Shown here piece by piece: positions 39,486-48,557 of a stretch of DNA of 64,000 bases. Source of the stretch: Candidatus Binatia bacterium (lineage in GTDB: Bacteria > Desulfobacterota > Binatia > UBA1149); the NCBI GenBank assembly GCA_046754245.1, contig JBHHVL010000006.1, positions 13,859-77,858 on the forward strand, given 5' to 3'. The notes under the pieces were generated by a model that did no database searches, was not told where the DNA came from, and was given only the letters and a program-made list of their open reading frames with translations. Within the stretch, counting starts at the first letter, position 1. The number at the start of each line of letters is the position of its first letter. Made by a program: the position numbers and the translations under genes.

Positions 39486-40946
39486 ATGGCTTTCGGAAAC
39501 GAACAAGACGGTTTTCACGAAGAATGCGGCATCATCGGCATCTACGGACGTCCCGAAGCGGCGAACCTTGCCTATCTTGGCCTCTATTCCCTACAGCATA
39601 GGGGGCAGGAGGGCTCCGGCATAGCCTCGAGCGACGGGCAGACACTCATCCAACATCGTGGCCTGGGACTCGTAGCTGACATCTTCGACGAGGAGATCAT
39701 CCGGCAACTCAGTGGCGAAATGGCCATAGGCCACAACCGCTATTCAACGGCCGGTCAGAACCTACTCCGTGACACCCAGCCTTTCGTGGCAGAATACTCG
39801 CTCGGCGGTCTGGCCGTGGCACACAACGGGAATTTCGTCAACACCGAGGTCGTTCGTTCGAATCTCGAAGCCCACGGTTCCATATTTCAGTCGACCGTGG
39901 ATACGGAAGTTCTCATCCACCTCATAGCGAGTTTCAACAGGCCGACTTTGCTGGAGCGGACCATCGACGCGCTGGGCCAGGTCGAGGGTGCGTACTCCGT
40001 TCTTTTCTTGTCCGAACACGAGATGATCGCCGCGCGGGACCCGTATGGCTTCCGGCCCTTGGTACTCGGGCGTTTCGAATCAGGGGGATACGTCATCGCC
40101 TCCGAAACGTGTTCACTCGACCTGATCGAGGCCGAATACGTGCGGGAGGTAGAACCCGGGGAGGTTCTCCACTTTCGGGACGGCACGATGCAAAGCATCA
40201 AACCCTTTGCCGAAGTGCCCAGGCGAGCGTGTATTTTCGAGTACATCTACTTCGCCAGACCAGACAGCAAGGTGTTTGGTCGCAACGTATACAGCGCACG
40301 CAAGGCGCTCGGGCGACAGCTGGCGAAAGAATCGGGGGTGAAGGCCGACATCGTCATAGCGGTACCCGACTCCGGGGTTCCAGCGGCCTTGGGCTTCGCC
40401 GAAGAATCCTCCATCCCCTTTGAAATGGGACTAATCCGGAATCACTATGTAGGCCGTACCTTCATCGAACCTCAGGATTCGATTCGCCACTTTGGCGTCA
40501 AGGTGAAACTCAACGCCCAGCGGGAGATACTTTCGGGGAAACGGGTCATCGTTGTCGATGACTCTATCGTCAGGGGCACCACGAGTCGAAAGATAGTGAG
40601 AATGCTGCGTTCAGCCGGCGCCCGCGAGGTCCACTTTCGGGTGAGTGCGCCGCCGACGGTTGGTCCCTGCTACTACGGTGTAGACACGCCTACCCACGGA
40701 GAGCTGGTGGCCAACAACCACACCCTCGAAGAAATTCAGCAGTACATACTGGCCGATTCGCTCGCGTATTTGAGCGAGGAGGGGATGTACTCTTTCCTCA
40801 GTGACGCGCGGGATGGATTCTGTGACGCCTGTTTCACGCGGAACTACCCGGTAGGGGTGATGGGTGACAGCCAAGGCCGCCAGATACAGCTGTTCCGGAA
40901 CGTGCAGGAGCGCAGCCGTAAGCACCTACGCGTGGTCAAGGAGTAG
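39486..40946 (+). CDS. purF: amidophosphoribosyltransferase
   Basis: Ntn-hydrolase CGIIGIYG N-terminus and PRTase motif VVDDSIVRGTTS. Confidence 0.9.
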   Translation: MAFGNEQDGFHEECGIIGIYGRPEAANLAYLGLYSLQHRGQEGSGIASSDGQTLIQHRGLGLVADIFDEEIIRQLSGEMAIGHNRYSTAGQNLLRDTQPFVAEYSLGGLAVAHNGNFVNTEVVRSNLEAHGSIFQSTVDTEVLIHLIASFNRPTLLERTIDALGQVEGAYSVLFLSEHEMIAARDPYGFRPLVLGRFESGGYVIASETCSLDLIEAEYVREVEPGEVLHFRDGTMQSIKPFAEVPRRACIFEYIYFARPDSKVFGRNVYSARKALGRQLAKESGVKADIVIAVPDSGVPAALGFAEESSIPFEMGLIRNHYVGRTFIEPQDSIRHFGVKVKLNAQREILSGKRVIVVDDSIVRGTTSRKIVRMLRSAGAREVHFRVSAPPTVGPCYYGVDTPTHGELVANNHTLEEIQQYILADSLAYLSEEGMYSFLSDARDGFCDACFTRNYPVGVMGDSQGRQIQLFRNVQERSRKHLRVVKE

Positions 40947-40957
40947 CACTCAGCCCC

Positions 40958-42544
40958 TCAGATGACGGTGTGTCGACGCCAGTGCTCGTCGTCTTTTTCG
41001 GAACAGTCCAGGTTGTAGTGAAGCCCGCGGCTCTCCCGCCGGGAACGTGCTGAACGTATTATCAGGTCTGCTACCAAGGCAATGTTGCGGAGTTCCAACA
41101 AATCACCGGTGATGAGAAAATCCCAGTAATACTCCCCGATCTCTTCGTTGAGCATGGCGATGCGGGTCGTTGCTCGTTCGAGACGACGGTCGCTTCGGAC
41201 TATCCCGACGTAATTCCACATCGTTCTCCTGATTTCGTCCCAGTTGTGCGAAATCACGATGGACTCGCTACTGTCGACCGCGGTTCCGGTCCTCCAGTCC
41301 GGAAACGAAGGTGGAGTATCAGGGCTCCCCGCCAACAGCTTATGGCTGTGTTCGAAGGCGCGGTGCGAAAACACCACAGCCTCGAGTAGTGAATTCGACG
41401 CGAGCCTGTTCGCCCCATGCATACCGGTCATGGCGACCTCGCCAATCGCGTAGAGACGGCCTACGGCCGTCTCACCGTGGACGTCGGTGACCACTCCGCC
41501 GCACATGTAGTGGGCAGCCGGGACCACCGGGATCGGGTCTGTGGGTAGACGGATTCCAAAATCTCGGCATCTCTCAAAGATGCTAGGGAACCGAGTTCGG
41601 ACGAATTCTTCGTCCAGCTCGGATAGGTCCAGGATCACGTTGTCCAGGCCGCTGGTCTTCATTTCCTGATCAATTGCCCGAGCGACGATATCGCGGGGGG
41701 CGAGATCCCCGCGCGGGTCATAGTTCGACATGAACGGTTCCCCATCCGGCGTACAGAGTTTTGCGCCTTCACCACGGATCGCCTCGGTAACGAGAAAGGA
41801 TTTCGCTTCCGGATGGTAGAGACAGGTCGGGTGGAACTGGATGAACTCCAAGTCGGCGACCCGGCACCCCGCCCGGTAGGCCATAGCGATGCCGTCACCC
41901 GACGCGACGTCGGGGTTCGACGTGTAGAGGTAGACCTTGCCCGCGCCACCGGTAGCGAGGACCGTACATCGTGCCGCAAAGGTATGGACGCAGCGTGACT
42001 CAAGATCGAAGACGTAAGCGCCCCAACACTGGGGACTGCTCTGAGCCAGCCCAAATTTCTGATCGATCAACAGGTCCACGGCGTGATGATTCTCAAAGAC
42101 GTCGATCGACGGTGACGCGCGCACCCTCTTGATCAGCGCACGGACTATCTCCCGGCCGGTCTGGTCGGCTGCGTGAAGCACCCGGCGGTGCGAATGTCCA
42201 CCTTCGAGCCCCAAGTCGTACGCTTCACGGTCCATAGCATTGGCCGAAAACCTCACCCCCGAATCAATCAGCTCTCTGATTCTCGCCGGTGCCTCCTCTA
42301 CTACTCCGGTCACGACCTCCGCGTTACAAAGACCCGCTCCGGCCTTTAGCGTGTCCCGCGTATGACTCTCCAGGGTGTCGTCATCGCCCCACACCACCGC
42401 AATGCCCCCCTGGGCCATCGCGGTGTTGGACTCCTCCAGTCCTCTCTTGGTTACCAGAGCCACGCTTCCTTCACCTGCCGCATTAATGGCAAAGCTCAGC
42501 CCGGCGAGGCCGCTACCGATAACGAGAAAATCATATCTCGGCAT
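40958..42544 (-). CDS. nadB: L-aspartate oxidase
   Basis: FAD Rossmann motif DFLVIGSGLAGLS and succinate-dehydrogenase/fumarate-reductase flavoprotein-like motifs (HYMCGGV, RGEG). Start at the ATG at 42544 (MPRYDF...) or the MM pair at 42559-42562; the listed ORF extends further upstream. Confidence 0.85.
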   Translation of the reverse strand: MPRYDFLVIGSGLAGLSFAINAAGEGSVALVTKRGLEESNTAMAQGGIAVVWGDDDTLESHTRDTLKAGAGLCNAEVVTGVVEEAPARIRELIDSGVRFSANAMDREAYDLGLEGGHSHRRVLHAADQTGREIVRALIKRVRASPSIDVFENHHAVDLLIDQKFGLAQSSPQCWGAYVFDLESRCVHTFAARCTVLATGGAGKVYLYTSNPDVASGDGIAMAYRAGCRVADLEFIQFHPTCLYHPEAKSFLVTEAIRGEGAKLCTPDGEPFMSNYDPRGDLAPRDIVARAIDQEMKTSGLDNVILDLSELDEEFVRTRFPSIFERCRDFGIRLPTDPIPVVPAAHYMCGGVVTDVHGETAVGRLYAIGEVAMTGMHGANRLASNSLLEAVVFSHRAFEHSHKLLAGSPDTPPSFPDWRTGTAVDSSESIVISHNWDEIRRTMWNYVGIVRSDRRLERATTRIAMLNEEIGEYYWDFLITGDLLELRNIALVADLIIRSARSRRESRGLHYNLDCSEKDDEHWRRHTVI

Positions 42545-42678
42545 TGTCGTGGGAAACATCATAATCCGCGTAGTTCGCGGTTCAAGGGGGCTGCTGATGT
42601 ATTCTCGGCTGGAAGAGCACGGGTAAACGATGTAGGTTCCTGCTGCCGGCAACGATGCTCGCTTAGGACGGCGGGGCG

Positions 42679-43288
42679 AATGAGTGAAGCAAACGAAGCT
42701 GGGAGCACTGAGAAAGGGCGGTCGTTCAACGTTCCCAACTTTCTCACGATGCTCCGAATCGCAGCCATCCCGGTACTGGTGTGGCTGCTCTCCAAGCCGT
42801 CCCAGCGTTCGGCAGCCATCGCCTTCGCGGTTTATTTCCTGGCGTCGATGACCGACATAATGGACGGCTACCTCGCTCGCCGTTATGGCCTCGAGACCCC
42901 TCTAGGCAAACTCCTCGATCCGCTCGCTGACAAGTTGCTGGTTGTTTCCTCCCTTATCATGCTAGCACTCGTGGACCGCAGCCCCGGAATACCGGGTTGG
43001 TTCCTGGTGATCATCGTCGGGCGTGAGATCGCCGTCACCGGACTGCGTAGCATCGCTGCGAGCGAGGGCATGGTTCTCGGAGCCGAAGCCAGCGGAAAGA
43101 TGAAAATGGTGCTCCAGTCTATCGGTATCCACGCACTCATACTCCACTACAACTATTTCGGTATCAATTTCTATCTGCTGGGCATGGTGATGTTGGTGTT
43201 GGCTACCGCGGTAGGCCTGTGGTCGGCCGCCTCGTACCACATTACCGTCTTCAGGGGGATGGCAGAACTGCGTGCCAAGGACCAGTAA
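42679..43288 (+). CDS. pgsA: CDP-diacylglycerol--glycerol-3-phosphate 3-phosphatidyltransferase
   Basis: CDP-alcohol phosphatidyltransferase motif DGYLARRYGLETPLGKLLDPLADK; real gene is the C-terminal 203 aa of ORF 42362..43288. Confidence 0.8.
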
Positions 43289-43354
43289 CGCCGGGCTTGC
43301 AAAGTAGTGGTATTCCGCTAAGTATTCGCGTTGCTTCGGCGAGCCGTCCACCGT

Positions 43355-43431
43355 GCGGGTGTAGCTCAGCTGGCTAGAGCATCTGCTTGCCATGCAGAAG
43401 GCCGTGGGTTCGAATCCCATCACCCGCTCCA
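43355..43431 (+). tRNA. tRNA-Gly (anticodon GCC)
   Basis: 77-nt cloverleaf folded by hand. Acceptor GCGGGTG/CACCCGC, D-stem GCTC/GAGC, anticodon stem TCTGC/GCAGA with loop TTGCCAT, T-arm GTGGG-TTCGAAT-CCCAT, discriminator T, encoded CCA. Confidence 0.85.
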
Positions 43432-43710
43432 TTCCTTGGCGGCGACGCGTCCGGTACAGCCGTGGTCCGTCCCACCTCGCGGCAGCCCGCCTCTTGTCAC
43501 CCGAACGGTCCTAGCCCGACGAGTGATCCGCTGCCCCACCCCCGAAAGGGTGGGGCTTCGGAGACGCCGCTGCTGCCACCGAAGGGCCGTTTTCACCATT
43601 GCCCAAGCGCACAAAAGCACTAATCCTGGGCTTTCGGTATTGTTGATGGTCCGAGTTCGCGTCAGGGTTGTAGGCGGTCGGCCCCACTTGGGGGAAAGCC
43701 GAAAAGAACG

Positions 43711-46197
43711 ATGACGACAAATCCTTTCGATAGAGCTGTGTCCTCTAGCCTCGAAGATGCTCGCGCCCGTAGCTCCCGCTCGGAGAATCGACGGACCCGG
43801 GGGATGCCCATGTTCCTGGCAGGACTTTTTCTTGTCGCCTGCCTTCTCGTGCCCGCCGAGGGTAGAGCCGTGGAATTCACCGTCGAGTGCCCTGACGGCG
43901 ATGCTATGGGCTGGTCCGTGGCCTACGGTGGAGATATCAACGGCGACGGTTACCCTGACCTCGCGCTGGGCGCGCCCTGTGCATACACCAACGGTGCCAC
44001 GCGAACGGGCAAGGTAATCGTCATATCCGGCAAGAACCATCGCCGGATTTTCCGGAAAAAGGGGACCCAGTCGGAGCAGTTCATGGGTTTCGATGTCGGG
44101 TTCTTGTCGGACGTCGACGGTGACGGCCGAGATGAAATCCTGATAGGCTCGCCAGGCTGGGACATCGACGTCATCACCGAGGATGGAACTACCAAGACCC
44201 GCAAGAACGCTGGCCGGCTCGACGTTTTCAAGAAGAACGGCAGGCTTAAGCTGCGCCTGGTTGGAACCGAGCGCCAGGGCGCACTGGGAGCGGCTGTCGC
44301 AGGGCTCGATGACATCACGGGCGATGACGTACCGGATCTCGCAGTCGGCGCTCCCGGAGAGTTCTCAGCCGACGGTGTCAGGAGCGGCAGGGTGCGTGTG
44401 GTGTCCGGAGCCGACGGCACGGAGATCGCCTCGATCGATGGAGACAGGCGTTCCGACCGTTTTGGCACCGTTCTGGCGACCAACGGAGACCTCGACGGTG
44501 ACTCGGTCAGCGATATCCTCTCGGGTTCCGAGTTCGCCAAAGTTCCGCGTGTGAAAAACGGCGGTCGCCTGGTGGGGGTTTCGTCGCTGAATCTATCGAA
44601 GTCCTTCGTCACGGTAAGCGGTGCTCGCAACGACCACTTGGGTTCTGGACTGGACTTCGCCGGTGACATGAACAACGACGGACTCGACGATTTCATCGCC
44701 GGCTCTTCTGGTTCGGATGACCTCGGTATCCGCCGCGCCGGTCTCGTAACGCTTTTCTCGGCACTGGGCGACAGACTCTTCGCGGTTGCCGATCCGGAAC
44801 CCCAGAAGCGAGCGAAGTTTGGCTCGGTCGTAGCGACCATCGGCGACGTAAACGGGGACTCGGCGACGGATTTCGTGGCCTCCGCCCCCTTGTGGGATTC
44901 GGTGACGAAAACCGAAAGACTCGTTTCTGTTGGCCGAATCGTTGCTCTGTCCGGTACCAACGGCGCCCCACTGTGGTCACTCAACGGTTCGATGGCAAGC
45001 GCCCGTCTCGGTCATTCCCTAAAAGGCGTGGCGGACTTCGATGGTGACGGGATCCCCGATTTTGCGGTCGGGAGCCCCGGAGATGCTCCAAACGGTCGAC
45101 GCGGCGCTGGTCGCGTGCAGATCCTCTCCGGCTCGGATGGCAAGGAAATTACCTTTTTTCGCGGCCACCGTGGGCTGGAGACAAGAATATTCGCTGCCGG
45201 ACGCGACGATGCCGGTGTACGCACCCTCCTCGGCTTCGGCCACCTCGGACGCAAGCGCGAACTTCGAACCCACATTTTCGACGGGCGGAAGGTGGGACAG
45301 CTCTCCCTAGCCGTTCTGGAGACGGCGAGCCTTACGGTTCCCGGGGCCCTGCGGGTGGTGGTGGGATCCGGGTTCAACGCGCGACATTCGGTCGTCGAAG
45401 TCTACGAAGCCGCGAGAAGGAATCGCCGCCTCGTCCGTTTTCATGCCTTCGAGGGCCCAAACACCGGTGGGGTCAACGTCGCGGCTGGACAGATCAGTCC
45501 GACGGGCCCGGAGGAAATCGTAGCCATCGAAGCCTACGCCAAGGACCACGAGGTGAAAGCCTTTGTCTTCTCGCAGCTCGACTCCGAAGGAAAGGAGTGG
45601 GCGCCCACGGAATCCTTCACCGTATTCAGAAGTAACGACACCGTCGCCGGGGTAGTGCCGGTCAACGCAGGCGGCGGTACGGTCGCCGCGGGCGATGTAA
45701 TAGCGGGAAAACCCAAGAGAGAGGAAATCGTTGCGGGCACCGAGAGAGGAATCCCCCTGGTGCGCGTCTTCGACCGCAACGGCAAGAAGCTGAGCGAGTG
45801 GTTGGCCTACAGCGGCTTTTCGTTCCAGGGTGTCGAGGTCGCTGTGGCTGACCTCGACGAGGACGGACTATCGGAAGTTGTAACGGTTCCCCGCCACGGC
45901 CCCGCGCTTGTTCGCGTCTTCGACGGGAAGGGTAACCGTATTACCAACAAGGAGACAGGCCTGCCGCTAGAATTCTTCGCGTTCGAGCAGAGCTTCGACC
46001 GGGGTGTGAAAGTAGCCGCCGCGGACGTCGACTTCGATGGCCGGCAGGAAATACTCGTGGTACGCAACAGCGGCGTAGACGCGAAGATCAAGGCCTTCGA
46101 AATAGACGGGGCAGTGGTCGAAGGGTGGAAGGACATCATGCCCTTTCACCGCGAGAACGTCGCAATCGCGGCGACCGACCGGTTTGTCCGCCGCTAG
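43711..46197 (+). CDS. secreted FG-GAP repeat (integrin-alpha-like / VCBS-type) protein
   Basis: About 800 aa with many repeats of the form GxSVAxxGDxNGDGxxDLAVGAP (FG-GAP). Hydrophobic signal segment MPMFLAGLFLVACLLVPAEGRA. Start is either 43711 (31-aa n-region) or the ATG at 43804. Confidence 0.7.
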   Translation: MTTNPFDRAVSSSLEDARARSSRSENRRTRGMPMFLAGLFLVACLLVPAEGRAVEFTVECPDGDAMGWSVAYGGDINGDGYPDLALGAPCAYTNGATRTGKVIVISGKNHRRIFRKKGTQSEQFMGFDVGFLSDVDGDGRDEILIGSPGWDIDVITEDGTTKTRKNAGRLDVFKKNGRLKLRLVGTERQGALGAAVAGLDDITGDDVPDLAVGAPGEFSADGVRSGRVRVVSGADGTEIASIDGDRRSDRFGTVLATNGDLDGDSVSDILSGSEFAKVPRVKNGGRLVGVSSLNLSKSFVTVSGARNDHLGSGLDFAGDMNNDGLDDFIAGSSGSDDLGIRRAGLVTLFSALGDRLFAVADPEPQKRAKFGSVVATIGDVNGDSATDFVASAPLWDSVTKTERLVSVGRIVALSGTNGAPLWSLNGSMASARLGHSLKGVADFDGDGIPDFAVGSPGDAPNGRRGAGRVQILSGSDGKEITFFRGHRGLETRIFAAGRDDAGVRTLLGFGHLGRKRELRTHIFDGRKVGQLSLAVLETASLTVPGALRVVVGSGFNARHSVVEVYEAARRNRRLVRFHAFEGPNTGGVNVAAGQISPTGPEEIVAIEAYAKDHEVKAFVFSQLDSEGKEWAPTESFTVFRSNDTVAGVVPVNAGGGTVAAGDVIAGKPKREEIVAGTERGIPLVRVFDRNGKKLSEWLAYSGFSFQGVEVAVADLDEDGLSEVVTVPRHGPALVRVFDGKGNRITNKETGLPLEFFAFEQSFDRGVKVAAADVDFDGRQEILVVRNSGVDAKIKAFEIDGAVVEGWKDIMPFHRENVAIAATDRFVRR

Positions 46198-46305
46198 AGA
46201 GCCGAACCGCGTGCCGCGTCTTCCCGACCTGGCGTTTGGCTGATCCGGTAGTCCCCCGGCTCACCGGCTTGTCATTGGCCGTCAGGAAGTGAATAGTCCG
46301 CGACC

Positions 46306-47526
46306 ATGGCATACAAGTCCGGGGTGATGCCGCGGCCGCTCGAGGGAATACGGGTTCTCGACTTCAGTCACGTCCTCTCCGGCCCTTTCTGTACCCGCAT
46401 CCTGTGCGATCTGGGCGCCGAAGTCGTAAAAATAGAAGCCCCACATGGCGATTTATCTCGCCGTCTCGGCCGTCGTCGCAGCGGGATGAGCGGCTACTAC
46501 ATGCAGCACAACTGCGGGAAACTCAACGTTTCCATCGACCTCAAGACCGAAGGGGGAGTGGACCTCGCGCTGCGGCTGTCCCGGGTTTGTGACGTCCTAG
46601 TGGAAAACTTCCGGCCGGGGGTGATGGACAGACTCGGCTTGGGGCACGAGTCCCTCATCAGGGCCAACCCCGGGTTGGTTTACTGCTCGATTAGCGGCTT
46701 CGGCCACGCGAGCAGCCTGAGAGATCGCCCGGCCTATGCGGGCATCGCCCACGCAACCAGCGGAATAATCCACCGTCAGGCCGCTTTTTCCGGGCAACCG
46801 CCGGCAGATTCGGTCCTCGCCATCGGCGACACCGTGACCGGGCTTCACGCGGTCATAGCCATACAGGCCGCGCTGGCGTTGCGCGAACGAACCGGTAGGG
46901 GACAGTTCATCGATCTGGCGATGAGCGATGCGTTGCTGTCCATCCAAGAAGTCGCCAACTTCCACCTTTTCGGGGACGGGGGAAGCGATACCGATGTTCT
47001 GTGTGCATGGATCTACCACTGCGGAACCGAGCAGGTATTGATTCCCAGCGACCCGAGGGCCTACTGGGAAGACTACTGCAGGGTGATGGCCAGCCCGCAG
47101 CTACTGCGAGATCCACGTTACCGGGACTACCGAAGCCGTCAAGACCGACTCGAGGAACTCGAGGCCCACATCCAGCGATGGGTCGCGTCGCACAGCAGTG
47201 CTGACGATGTGGTGGCGAAACTGGTGGCACAAGATTTTCCGGGTGCTCGGGTACTTTCGATGGCCGAGGCTCTCGATTCGGCGCAGACCGCGGAGCGTGG
47301 GATGACGCCGGAAGTTGAAGACCGTAGCGGCGGAAGGTGCCGGATCTTGAACAGCCCTTATCGTTTTTCGGGGGCAGAAGCGGGGGTCAGGGGACGCCCG
47401 GCTTTCCGGGGAGAGCACAACAGAGACCTGCTCGAGCGGTGGCTCGCGCTAAGCGCCGAGCAGTGCCTGGAACTCGAGCAATCCGGGGTTCTTTCGTCTC
47501 GGGTACCCTCCGACGCCAAGGTCTGA
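46306..47526 (+). CDS. CoA transferase family III (CaiB/BaiF, formyl-CoA transferase/racemase-like)
   Basis: N-terminal LEGIRVLDFSHVLSGPFCTRILCDLGAEVVKIE is the family-III signature; VENFRPGVMDRLGL also present. Confidence 0.8.
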   Translation: MAYKSGVMPRPLEGIRVLDFSHVLSGPFCTRILCDLGAEVVKIEAPHGDLSRRLGRRRSGMSGYYMQHNCGKLNVSIDLKTEGGVDLALRLSRVCDVLVENFRPGVMDRLGLGHESLIRANPGLVYCSISGFGHASSLRDRPAYAGIAHATSGIIHRQAAFSGQPPADSVLAIGDTVTGLHAVIAIQAALALRERTGRGQFIDLAMSDALLSIQEVANFHLFGDGGSDTDVLCAWIYHCGTEQVLIPSDPRAYWEDYCRVMASPQLLRDPRYRDYRSRQDRLEELEAHIQRWVASHSSADDVVAKLVAQDFPGARVLSMAEALDSAQTAERGMTPEVEDRSGGRCRILNSPYRFSGAEAGVRGRPAFRGEHNRDLLERWLALSAEQCLELEQSGVLSSRVPSDAKV

Positions 47527-47676
47527 GCCCTTGACTATCAGCTTGGCTTGAGGGCGATTCTTCGGTACTTGGGCAGGCTTCTACGGCTTTCCCTTCAGCA
47601 TTTGGTGCGCCGTAACGCCGAATTCCCATTTGCCTTAGGGCAGGGCTCAGACCCAGGCAGCTGGCCCAAACCGAGG

Positions 47677-48447
47677 CTAGAAGCCTCCGACCTTGGTCGA
47701 TTTCGAATAGAACTGCCATGCGACGTGCCAGCCCAACAACACGAAGACCAGAACGCCGATCTCTCCCCATCCGGAGAACGCGGTCGTGTGGGTCTCGATC
47801 ATCATCCACAGAAGCGGCACGGATAGGTAGGTGTTGTGCTTCGAGCGTCCGCCGGCCAGCACCGGCAGTGCGGGGTCAGGAGCCTCACCGGCCTTCACCG
47901 CCGTGATGATCTTCTGTTGCGCAGGCCAGATTCGAAACCAGACGTTGAACGCCATAATGGTGCCAAACATCGCCCCCACATGGATCGACATACCCCTGTA
48001 TCCAAAACCCGCCCACCGCGCCATCAGGCACGCCGTCACGGCCACTAGGACGAACGCGATCGTGTAGGCGGCTTTGATATTCTTTGCTGCCAGTCCACTC
48101 TTGAACAACAAGTCGTACACGAACACGGCCAGGAAAGTGACGGCGATCATGACCAAAGGGCCAGTTCCCCAGTTCGTGGCCTCGTCATCGAAGAGCACAC
48201 CGCCGTGGTAGAAGACCAGCAGGAGCAAGAGCACACCGGTCACCCAGGTCCAGGCGGCACCCCAACGAAACCAGAACAGCGCCCGCGGCATAAGTTCCGG
48301 AACCACCGTCCCCGCCGCCCCGGCTTCTTTCATTTTGGCAGCAAACGGAATGTTGACGAAGTTAAAAAACCATAACAGCCCGATCCACATTACCCCGGCG
48401 ATAACGTGCACCCACCGGAACAACTCGCTACTCATTTCCATGTACAA
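47677..48447 (-). CDS. integral membrane protein, COG3748/DUF989-like (urate-hydroxylase PuuD membrane-domain-like); tentative
   Basis: 256 aa, about 6 TM helices, N-terminal WVHVIAGVMWIGLLWFFNF motif; GGAGGG SD 7 nt upstream of the ATG. Family call is from memory and uncertain. Confidence 0.5.
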   Translation of the reverse strand: MYMEMSSELFRWVHVIAGVMWIGLLWFFNFVNIPFAAKMKEAGAAGTVVPELMPRALFWFRWGAAWTWVTGVLLLLLVFYHGGVLFDDEATNWGTGPLVMIAVTFLAVFVYDLLFKSGLAAKNIKAAYTIAFVLVAVTACLMARWAGFGYRGMSIHVGAMFGTIMAFNVWFRIWPAQQKIITAVKAGEAPDPALPVLAGGRSKHNTYLSVPLLWMMIETHTTAFSGWGEIGVLVFVLLGWHVAWQFYSKSTKVGGF

Positions 48448-48557
48448 CCCTCCTTTCGCCTGCGCGCAGGCCAGTTCCCGCCTCCTACGATAGACGGGCA
48501 GAATCTAGACCTCTAGCGTCGATAAACCGCAAACGCAACGCCCGTCCTGCGCAGCCA

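Noticed and set aside
43331-43714. ORFs (127 aa and 78 aa) overlapping tRNA-Gly and the downstream spacer
   Set aside because: They read straight through a canonical tRNA cloverleaf and have no SD or protein-like composition.
43432-43803. Possible tmRNA, RNase P RNA, SRP RNA or 6S RNA in the long spacer after tRNA-Gly
   Set aside because: None of the hallmark strings is present: no tRNA-like TTCGAATCC...CCA end for tmRNA, no AGGAAAGTCCGGGC for RNase P, no GGAAGGAAGCAGC-like SRP domain IV. Only a simple GC hairpin is found.
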